From Paraspadella gotoi (taxonomy: Eukaryota > Animalia > Chaetognatha): 64,000 bases of DNA. Under the pieces are notes generated by a model that did not search any database, was not told where the DNA came from, and saw only the letters and a program-made list of their open reading frames with translations. This document shows, piece by piece, positions 41,793 through 52,815 of the stretch. Numbering within the stretch: the stretch's first letter is position 1; every line of letters starts with the position of its first letter. Position numbers and translations under genes: made by a program. Where the stretch lies: positions 14,968,999 through 15,032,998 of the forward strand of contig CM119266.1 of assembly GCA_051294375.1 (NCBI GenBank), given 5' to 3'.

Positions 41793-43321
41793 GGGTAAAA
41801 AGAAAGTGAGTAAATTCTTTCCAGGGTTGTGAAGGAAAAAAAATTTTCGAATATTAAATTATAGGAAAGAAATCAAAAATTAATTCCTTTCATCAAGTTG
41901 GAAAGATGGAAAAATGAAAAATTGTTCAATATGAATTCCGTTGAACTCTTGGCGGAAAAGTTCGACTTTGGAAAAAAAATGTGTTCCGATATGTGCGAGA
42001 AAAAAAAGATCATTGAATTTTTTCTTTATAAACTTTACATGATTTATTTTGTAATTTTTTAAACAAACACGCTCTAAATTGCTTTATTTTGTAATCTCTC
42101 TCTATTCCTGTCTCTATCTCCCTCTCTCTTTCCCCTCCTAACAAAAATCCCTCTTATCTCGATTTCTAATTCTTTTTGTCTCTCTCCATTCCTGATGAGG
42201 TCCCAAAGGAACATTAATGGCGATGAATTCAGGATATTCTCGAATTTGAAACAAAAAAACGTTTCGGGGGAGATGGAGAGAAGGAGTGGCCAAGTGGGAG
42301 GGAAGGAGAAAAGAGAGAGCGACACACACACAGATATTCATCTCGCTCTTCGTCTTTTTTCGTTTCTGCGTGTATCTGTGTATCTGTTGCCTTTCTATTC
42401 AGATTTCTCGCTTCCTTTCGATATGGGAAGAGTAATATCCCGTTTTCTTATGAAGCAATGCTAATAAATTAAAAGCGAAAAAAGGAGAAATGAAGATAGA
42501 AGGAAAAGAAGTAAATAAAAATAAGGGAAAGTGGGAGAAAGAAGGGATGATCGAAAGAATTTAGAATTGATAATAACAGGAATTGGGACGATTTTTCAAG
42601 GGGAGGGAAAAAAGAAAAAAGAGAAAGAAAAGACGGAACGAGAAACGTGGGGATGATGATGAGCCGGAGAGAGAGCGGGGAATGAAACTGAGAGAGCGGA
42701 GCCGCGGAAGGAAGGAGAATTGAGGCAGCGGAGAGGCAAACGTCGGGAGGAGTGAGGAACGGGAAATGAGCGGAAGATAGCCGAGGAAGGGAATGAGGCG
42801 GAGAGAGAGGGGAATGAGGGAACAGGGGAATGAGCGGCGGGGAATGGTTGAATTGACGCGGGAGGAGAGGAGTACGCGGGAAGAGCACCGTCGGGAATGG
42901 GAAATGGGAATGAGCGGAGAAGACGCGGAACGCGAAGGGGAATTTGAGCGGAGAGAAGCAGANNNNNNNNNNNNNNNNNNNNNNNNNCGGAGAGACGCGA
43001 AGAGAGATTTTTTAATAACAGGAAGTGACGTCACGCAAACAAAAGACGCGTTTTTGGTTTTTACGTGTCGACACGACATGAGTTACGATCGGCGTCGTCG
43101 TCGTCGTCATCGTCGTCATGGTGCGTTTGTCTTTATGGACGCGGTCACGGTGAATGGCCGAGCCAATTCGAAGCAAGAGCGAGAGCGAGAGACGGCAACA
43201 ATCTAACGCATCTCGCTGATTACGTCCGGACGATCATGGAAAGGGTTGTACGAGCGTCCGTTTGTATTTCGTACGCAGTTACGATGCGACCCATGGCCGT
43301 TAAGAAGCAGGGGGAGTAAAG
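40036..43321. repeat. Second fold-back: 40036-41505 mirrored by 41787-43321, turning near a GA tract
   Basis: 41787 aaaggagggtaaaaagaaagtgag is the reverse complement of 41482-41505; 42988-43321 mirrors 40036-40385. Confidence 0.9.
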
Positions 43322-44767
43322 GGGAAAGTGGCAAATTTCGGTCTCAAGACCATTTCGGTTTCGTTTGGAAAAGAGGCCAATCTGCCAACCGCCCCCTCCT
43401 TTTCTTTTCGACTCCTGTCCCAATNNNNNNNNNNGGAAAATAAAAAGGATTTTACGATTTTCGGCATCGACGAACTTTCATTCACATCCATTTTTATCCA
43501 TTTTCTCGCGAAGGAAGACGAAAAATTTCTCGCGAGCCACTTTTGAGGAGAAGATCTCTGTCTCTCTCTTCTCTCTCTCTCTCTCTCACTCACCNNNNNN
43601 NNNNNNNNNNNNNNNNNNNNNNNNNNNNNNNNNNNNNNNNNNNNNNNNNNNNNNNNNNNNNNNNNNNNNNNNNNNNNNNNNNNNNNNNNNNNNNNNNNNN
43701 NNNNNNNNNNNNNNNNNNNNNNNNNNNNNNNNNNNNNNNNNNNNNNNNNNNNNNNNNNNNNNNNNNNNNNNNNNNNNNCCTGCGCCTCGCGCTCCGGGGC
43801 GGAAGAACCCGGGTCCAAAGCGACGAAAGCACTAAAGGGAAAACAGTGGCCCGGAAACGCGGGCGGGATCGGCTAGGGCGGTTGGGGTAGGAGTGGGTGG
43901 ATTGGCTGGGCGTGGTTCTTGGTTTGATGAACCGGAGTGGGCGTGGAGGCCGAAGAGAATGGGAGCTGGAGACGGTGAGGGAATTAAATTTGTGGGCGGA
44001 AGTGTGGAGCGAATGGGACGGTAAAAACTTGGAGTGACTTTCGCTACTTTTGATTAGAACAGCTCACACATCACAAATGATAGAAATATTCAAAGATTAT
44101 TTACTTTGTTCAAATTTTATCCATTGTGAATTTTCATTTTAAAATTGGGCCGAACAATTTATCAAATTAATCTCGATCACTCCGGATAATTAAATGAAAC
44201 ACGAATAAAATTCTATGGAAATTTAAAACTTTCCTCTTTTTTTTATATAAAAAAAATGAAATTTTTTCGTCAAAAAATTTTGTTCGGGGGTTAGGAAGCC
44301 AGCACTTGAACTCATTATGCATTTTCATATGAAGAACAGATTTTATGAGAGGAGAGAGAGAGAAAAAATTACGATGGAAAAAAAAATAAAGGAAGAGATA
44401 AAGAGAAGAAAGAGAAAGAGAATCGTTGAAGAGAAAACCTGATCGTGATTAAATCTTTATTTCGCCCAAAGATGGCTTCCTGGACCGGCCAAAGTTTAAT
44501 GATCTTTTTTTTTAAAGAAATAAAAAATTTTCATCATATTTTTTTTTTCGTCTCGAAGGAAATATTTTTTGATCGAAAAATTAAAAACAGTGGGCGTCTC
44601 TCAGAAATGTTTAATTTAAAAGCAGCGTAAAACTGGAGAATCGATTGTATTAGATTTTATTTTCTCGAAATTATGGATGTTTGGAGAATTGGCTTCGACG
44701 GACTGGCGAAAAACCGAGGAGTGGCCGCGAGTCCCCTCCGAACGACGCTACATATTTCTGTGCTACC

Positions 44768-44840
44768 CTTTCGCTTTTTTCGCTTCTCGCTTTCCGCTTC
44801 TTTCGCTTCTCGGTTTCCGTTTCTTTCGCTTCTCGCTTTG
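44768..44840 (+). repeat. Degenerate (TTTCGCT/TCTCGCT)n heptamer array
   Basis: tttcgcttttttcgcttctcgctttccgcttctttcgcttctcgg... Confidence 0.6.
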
Positions 44841-45280
44841 GCTGATTCCACCCCAAAATCCATTCCCTTCCGCGTTTTCCAAGGAGAATAAAAAAATAGA
44901 TTAAATATTAATTATCTTTCGTCGTGTTTTGTCTCTGGCGACGTTAGACGTTTTTTAGTTCGCCGTTTTTATACATTTTTCTCTTTCCCTGTTTCTACGT
45001 CAAAACTTCCTTTACTCTGCATGTCTAAATGTCAACTTCTTATGTCTGGTCATATTCCTGGAGATTTGTCATGTTTCAGAGATCCGATATTTGTACCCTG
45101 AGCAACATAAATGTCGGAGTAGAATAAATTTGTTGTTTCAAAATTAAAAAAACACCCTTCTTCGACGTCAGCGCTATTCCGCTCGTTTCAATTTACCTTT
45201 TTTTTCGCATTTCCGTCGATGTCTGGTTTATTTCCAAAAGTCGGGTGAATCATAAGCGAAAGAGAGATAAGGAAATCGAA

Positions 45281-45312
<32 letters not shown>

Positions 45313-45577
45313 GGGAATATTTTCTTCCACCACTTCCCCCTTCACTTCCCCCCTTTAACATTACCCCTCCGCCCCCTTCATTCCTTCTCGAATTCACGGA
45401 TTAGTTTGAAATAACCCGAGATTCTGCACATAATAAAATTCCTTGTTTACTCGGAGCTAATTCCAGGATCCGTGTGATCCTCGGCCGACGGAGATAATTG
45501 TTTTCCTCTCTCTTCCTCTTTATCTTTCGAGGCGTTTGAACGTCGTTGTTCTACCGTGCGCTTTGGTTACAATTGCT

Positions 45578-47728
45578 CAGTATCGGTTTGTAAGAACCTG
45601 GAAAGTCAGAGGCTGTAACTTTTTGTAATGCTGGAAATAAAGCTGAAAATCGAATACGGGTTAGACTGAGGGTGGTTTATTACCCTAAGAGTTTGAGCAC
45701 TTTAAAAAATATAGTGAATGGGCATTTTTTTGGACAAAAAATTAATCTTGCATACTGTAAAAAAAATATGGTAGTTAAATACTCTTATATTATGGTGAAA
45801 TAACCAGGAGGGGTTTTGCCTAACCAGTGGTAAAACAAAAATGATCAATACAGCTTTGTTAAAACTATTTGGCATACAGAAATATATTTTTTAATATTTC
45901 GTATTTCAAGTCCTTATGATAATTTTAAAAAATGTATTCAAATAAAGCTAACTGATACACATAACATACAATGCATAAAATAGAATTATTTGTTATTCTT
46001 TAAATCCAAAATTAATTTTCAACAAAAATATAAAATATGCAATTTTTTTGAAGCATATGTTTTTTTAAAAATAGTATGTATGCCAACCCACTGGTACTCA
46101 ATGCACTGATTACAAATATATATTTTTTTTAAAATACGACTACTATATTATGAAATATAACCCTTAAAACGCTTCAAACAAATACAGAAAAACACCCTTA
46201 TTCAAACTTTAATAAAAACCGTTTCCAATGATATTACATCTCTCATACCTTTAACACATATCAAGGGAGAACCATCAGGTTTATTGTGTGAAAGTTAATA
46301 GATAACTTCGATAAGGAATGAACTGCACAGGAAGGCGAAAAATTTGATGGAGAACTAATATCAGCTTGTAATTGAATAATGTACTCTTGCTTATAAGGCG
46401 GAACAAAGTAAAATTTTTATTTTTTAAGAAACGCTGCTGATTCAGAGCCGCATAAAAAGGTGTTTTCTCTAGCATCAAAGTTAGATGCGTTTTTCAATAT
46501 TTTGTGATAAGTGGGTCCAAAAATAACGGAAAAACTCTTAAATTTCATCATCATCATCGTCCTACATAATTTTTATAGTTTTGTTATATTAAGCAATAAA
46601 AACAATAAAATTTGAAATCTTGTAGTAATATTTTTTTATTTATTTTTTCAATCTTACCCGAATCGCTTTTATAAAAATTCTGATTTTGAAAAAAAAAAAT
46701 TCTGATTTAATAGTAAATACGATAAACTTTAAATGGCTTCTATATTATTTACTATATATAAAATCTTAATTTTTTTTTTTCAATTCCTCATCCCCAGGGA
46801 TGCTCTATTACGTTATTTATATTTAGAACAAAGAACTCTTTAGTTTTTACTTTGTTTCGTCCGCGTTATTAAGCAAGAGTATTTATTCAATTACAAGCTG
46901 ATAGTAGTTCATCTATTCTATTTTTTTTCACCTTCCTGTGCAGTCCATGTCCTTTGGGAAGTTATCTATAACGTTTCACACAATAAGACCTGATGGTTCT
47001 CCTTGATATGTATTAATAGTAATGAGAGATGTAATATCATGGTAACGGTTTTTTATTAAAGTTTTGAAATTAAGGGTGTTTTTCTGTATTTTTTAAGGGT
47101 TTTGAAGGGTTATATTTCCATAAAAAAAAAAAAATATAGTAGTCATATTTTTAAAAAAAAATTATATATTTGTAATCAGTGACCAAGGACAGTTGGTTGG
47201 CATAATTACTATTTTTAAAAAAACATTTGTTTTCAAAAAAAATGCATATTTTTATAATTTGTTGAAAATTAAATTTTGGATTAAAGAATAACAAATATTC
47301 TATTTTAGTGCAATTGTAATGTTATTGTTATCAGTTAGCTATTAGTTTGAAATACATTTTTTTTTAAATTATGATAAGCATGGAAATACAATATTATAAA
47401 AATATATTGGCTACTGTATGGCAAATGAGTTTTAAAAGCTGTTTTGATCATTTTGTTTTACCACTGGTTTAGGCACCCCTCCCGGTTATATCACCAATAA
47501 TTATAAGAGTATTTATACCGGATATTTTTTTTTGGCAGTATGACAAATTATTTTTTGTCAAAAAAATGCCCATTCAATATTTTTTTTTTTAAGTGGCTCA
47601 AACTCTTATGGGGAATAAACCACGCCTCAGGTCTAACCCGTATAACGATTTTCAGGCTTGATTTCCAGCATTTACAAAAAGTTCAGGGCCTGCCCTGGAC
47701 TTTTCCAGGTTCTTCAAAACCGATACTG
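45578..47728. mobile_element. Non-autonomous Tc1/mariner-type foldback DNA transposon with ~850 bp inverted arms
   Basis: Termini CAGTATCGGTTTGTAAGAACCTGG (45578) and CCAGGTTCTTCAAAACCGATACTG (47728), followed by TA. Arms pair from 45578-~46410 to ~46845-47728 (e.g. cagcttgtaattgaataa / ttattcaattacaagctg). AT-rich, microsatellite-free, no transposase ORF, flanks not mirrored. Confidence 0.75.
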
Positions 47729-48626
47729 TATGTATTTTAAAAATATTATTTTCAAAACTCCCGCTTATTATTTTTTAAACTTTATCTCATCCGCGATAGA
47801 ATCCCCCAAATCCACGCAGCTTCCGTCCAAGCCGCCATCCCCACCGCCAACCCCTCCTGCCTTCCCCTCTCTCTTGGCTCCCCCTACCCACGAAATTCGG
47901 CAGTTACGACGTCGTGTTCGTTGTTCAAACGCGTTCCTTTGTTTTCTCGGAGATAAAAATTCTTTTGTCAACAAAATCATGTTCCAGGTCTCGACTCCGC
48001 GTGTCTGCTTGCTGTTTTTTTGGGGGGGTCGTCGTTTATAGGAGGGACTGCTTGTTTATACGGCCCTGTGGTAGCGTTATTGCTGTGTATTTTATTTCTT
48101 TGCTTTAAATGGCGACAGTGGGTTGTCTTTAAAGGCTTTTATTGTTCATATTCGTGGAAAGTTATGGAGTGATTGTGCAAACTGCAAAGGTTTGCTCGAT
48201 TTAACGCTAAGGTTACGAGAAATGTGAAACCTGCCTTTTGTTTGTCGACCTATCTCGAAACTTAAATTAATTTATTCAAATACAAATAAAATTTAACTTT
48301 AAAGAATTTAATTTAAACGATGAATGAAACGTCGACCTTGTCGTTGAAGTTTATAAAAAGTAAGTCAAACCCGACGGGTAAAGAGAATATCCTGAAAAGC
48401 TTTCTTCCTTTTTTCATTTTTTATTTTTTTGAGTCGGGGTGGGAATTGTTTCGCGATAACGCCGCCGCGCAGAGAGGCTGATTACAAATTCCAATCTCCA
48501 ATTTTAATCCCTGAATATTTAATGGATTAATGGCGGATTCTCNNNNNNNNNNNNNNNNNNNNNNNNNAAAAAAGAGAGAGATTTTAAGTTTTTCAAACAA
48601 AAATTTCTGCCCTCGCATTAAAATAG

Positions 48627-48848
48627 GCGCCGGGCCGACGACGGGGACGCCGAACAACAGCCGCCGCTTCCAACATGCAATCTCCATCTAATTCGGGGCG
48701 CACTCCGCGAACACCCGGGCGCCGGGCGGCTCTGTCCGTCGCGGACGCCAACCCAAGCGGCGGTGGAATCGCCTTATGCTGCGCCACTTTGAAATACGAT
48801 TCCACTGTCAATTTGGCCGTCACCTCTCTCACCGCCAACTGGGGCAAG
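48627..48848 (+). CDS. Candidate coding exon (74 codons, phase 0/0) of an unidentified protein; possibly a first coding exon with ATG at 48675
   Basis: GC-rich open frame APGRRRGRRTTAAASNMQSPSNSGRTPRTPGRRAALSVADANPSGGGIALCCATLKYDSTVNLAVTSLTANWGK. Preceded by tttctgccctcgcattaaaatAG and ending at a perfect donor AAG|GTAAGT. CAAC-ATG start context. Confidence 0.45.
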
Positions 48849-49173
48849 GTAAGTGATATCTGCACCAGCCAGCTTTTCATATTAACCCTGACCTAGAAAA
48901 CAACTCTAATATAAACAAAAGTCGAAACACAAGTATAAAAGGTCCCTCCTACAACACTCTTTCCCTATCGGCTCCTTCTCCACAGCACGCGCTGACCTTC
49001 GTGTTTCAACCCCTGCCAACCCCTGCCACCCCTTGTCGTGGTCATTGTTCGCATACCGCCACTTTTAAATTACATCGGAAAAAATAAATGAAATTCGCGT
49101 TTGCATCAGCAGAAACCGTACTCTCTCTCGTCTCTCTCGATCCTCTCTCTCTCCTCTTGCTCTTCGTCGTTCT

Positions 49174-49210
<37 letters not shown>

Positions 49211-49658
49211 TCTCTCTGCTTCCTCCATCCTCCTTCCCTTTTCTCTCTCTCTTTCTCTCATTTTTTCCCTCCTCTCTCTTTCTCTCTCCCACAAGTTTTT
49301 ACGAAAACGGTCATAATTTTGGGACTAATTGGTACGCAAAAACTCCCTAACGTCGGGTCGTTACGAAACAAAGGCGCTACGTCGACCGGAAACGCCTGCA
49401 GCGTGGAAGGGAGGCGTGGCGAACAAAGGCGACGTCTGGATCGAACCGCCCGGGGTGACGAGGGGTTTGGGCGGCGCATAAAGCGACGCCTGACGAGAGT
49501 CGCGGCGTCGTTGGAATCCGGCGACGTCATTAGCCGTTGGTTTTATTTTCGAGAACGGGAATGAAAAAAATGTCCGGACGACCGAAGAAAGGAAGAGGGG
49601 AGAAAAAGAAAGATTAAAAAATATGAATTGAAAAGAGAGAGAGAGAGAGAGAGAGAGA

Positions 49659-49698
<40 letters not shown>

Positions 49699-50631
49699 AG
49701 AGAGAAAGAGGACGCAAAAAACAGCTATATAGCGACAGAAAGGAGAAAAATATGATGAATTTGGACAAAATTGGCCACATAAATCGCTGAGTCGATGGGG
49801 GCAAAGGTTTCGATGGAAGGGAGAAAGGAGACGGGGTAAGTTTGATGAGTAGAGAGGGGAGAAAAAGTAGGTGAGGGCCAAATTGGAGCCCTTTCCCTCG
49901 ACTCCCTCTTTCGCTCTCCAGAAAAAAACGCCAATCGTTTGACAAAAACTGTAACCTAATTTAGATGCGCTCCAATGGAAAATGAAATTTTCAACTCTCT
50001 TCTCTCCTCTCTGCTTCTCTCTGCGTCCTCTCTCCTCTCTCTCTCTTATCTCTCTCTCATCTCATCTTCTCTCTCTCTCATTCTCTCTGCGTGATTCGAG
50101 GCCACAAACGCCCCTTTTAAACGGAAGCCGATGGTCGTCGGTATCCGGAAATAAATAAAAATTAAACAAATTAAAACACAAAAAAAAGGGTAATTTCATT
50201 GAACTTTTTCCCTTTCCCTCTGCCTCTCGTCTCTGTCTCTCTGGTTTCTCTCTATTTCTCCTCTTCCTCATCTTCAGCTCTCGGTTCGCTGTCCGGGTAT
50301 TTTTTTTTTAATCGAAAGGAGCCCCTCATCATTCCAAACTCTTTGAATCAAACGTCAAATAATTCTTTTCCATTAATTTATTTCCCTGATTTTAATTTTT
50401 AGTTTTATTTTCCTTGGTTTTTTTTACGACAGAGTTAAAAATTGAATTTGGGGCGCGTACACAAATTAGATGAGATTCATTGAGAACGCAGCCGAATATC
50501 GTTTTTTCGGAATATGCAAATTGGATATAATCGAAAAGATTCGACTTTTTTTTTTTCATTCTCTCTTCGCAATAAAAGGCTTAGGAGCTTTATTTTAAAT
50601 AATGCGAAGCTTACGCCAGAGGCGGAGAAAG

Positions 50632-50769
<138 letters not shown>

Positions 50770-51676
50770 TTGGTTTTATTAAATTCGGCAAATTTCACGT
50801 TTTTTTCGGAAGAAATGTTACGTTTTTGTTTCGAGAATTTTTTTTCATAATCGCCCCTTTTTTTAGAAGGAAGAAAGGAAGATTAAGGTAAGAAGCCCGC
50901 AATTAAGTAAGATTTTCCCCGTTTTCCTCTCATTTTCAAGGAAAAGGGAGACGAAATAATGCAAACTAAGCAGGACAAAAAGGACAAAAGAAAACCGCGT
51001 CTAAGGCAACCTTGCCGGTAGGGGCGCTCTAAAAAACTTTGATCGCAGTAAGAATTTTAATCGAGGATCAGAGGAATTTTTCCTTTTAGCTTTGAGTGAT
51101 TGACTTTCCATTTTCTGCAATTTGGTATTTAAAAATCTTTGAGACTTTTTTAGTACTTTTTGAACCTCATCGCAGTTAGCGATTGCTGCACAAACTCGCT
51201 GGATCGACTCATTATTCGCTTAGGAATTTTTCTTTCGCTTTTTTCCAAATTAAAAAATCACTAGAGCAACTCGCTATCGGCTTCCTCAAACTCGCTATCG
51301 GTTCTCGCAACACGCTATTTAGGGTCGCAGCGCGCCGGGAACAAAGGGTTATGGCGGATTAGCGAAACGCACATGTTGCCAGGAGAGAAAAAGGAAGAGA
51401 GAGATGAGAGGAGAGAGAGAGGAAAACGAGAGGAGAGAGAATCCCACGGAGATGGCGAGGTCGGAAAAATTAAAAACGTCAATCACGACGACGACAACGA
51501 CAACAACTAAAAAAAATAAAAGGATGTTGGGGGGTGGGCGCGGTGAGTGGCTTTAAACCTCGACGGGCGGAATATTCGCAAAAAGCGCAAATCTCGCGAA
51601 TCGGGGGCCCTCATTTGAATACCAGACTTTGTGGATTTAAATCAAACGACGAAGACGGATGACGACGACGAAACGA

Positions 51677-51677
<1 letters not shown>

Positions 51678-51713
<36 letters not shown>
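51678..51713 (+). repeat. (CGA)n trinucleotide microsatellite, ~12 units
   Basis: cgacgacgac run. Confidence 0.9.
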
Positions 51714-51714
<1 letters not shown>

Positions 51715-52478
51715 CGACAGACGACGACGAAGGTTGAGGAACTTTTTTTTTTTAAAATAAAAAGCGAAAAAGTTAAAGAAATTTTCGATCGGAGTCGCTA
51801 AATTCCTTTTTGTTAAAAGACAACATTCCTGACAGCCTCTTCTGTCGAAATACGTACCCGCGATGTTTAAGAAAGAGAAACAAAGAAGAGAGAGAGAGAG
51901 AGAGAAGAGAGAAAGAGAGAGAGAGCACAGGCCCTGCGAGTTTCCTTAATGAAGTTTTCGTCTGATTTTTGTTCTTTTCATTAAACTTTTTTTTGTTCCC
52001 GATTTCTCAGTCTGCTTCGTTGAAAAGGGGAACTTAATCCGCCGCACGACTCACCCCTTAACTCCACCCAAAAGAATCAAAACTTAGTCATAACCGCTTT
52101 CCTTACCTCCTATTTTCATCCGATAATACTTCATCGCTTCGATTTTAACGAAAAATCAACCTCTGCTTTTTACTATTCATGAACCAATAATATCTTTGTG
52201 TGATATCAACCAAGCTTTTTAGTTTTTGCTTGAAAAAATGATTTTTTTATATTATCCTTTTTCTTAACATTATGATATTTTTATTGTTTTTCTCTTTATT
52301 TACAAGGTTTTTAAATCAAATTAAATTTGAATCCTGTGGTTTGAAAAATATTCTCTTAAAATTATCATTATGTCAACATTAGGTGAATGAACTCAACAAT
52401 CAATTTAAACCGCGATTCTTCCATTTCATTCCTTTCATGTCCATAATTTTCCCTTCTCCCGGCTTACATCCCCCTTTA

Positions 52479-52762
52479 CACCTCCCCCTTCTCCCTTCTC
52501 CCCCCTCCGGGAACCTCCCCAAATCTTCTCCGCCCCAGAATCCAACCTTCATCGAGAATCTTCATCAACAGAAGAAGAAGAAAGATTCTGTGACGCAAAG
52601 AAGAAGAAGAAGAAGAAGAAAAAAGAATATAAAAGCAGAAAAAGAAGAAAGAAAAAATAAGGACGAGTAGGAAATATAAAACTGTTCAAAACATTTCATG
52701 GATGATGGAGTTCGAAATTCTCTTTCCTAGAATTCAGAAAAAGAAAAAATGCCTGCCTCTCT

Positions 52763-52815
<53 letters not shown>

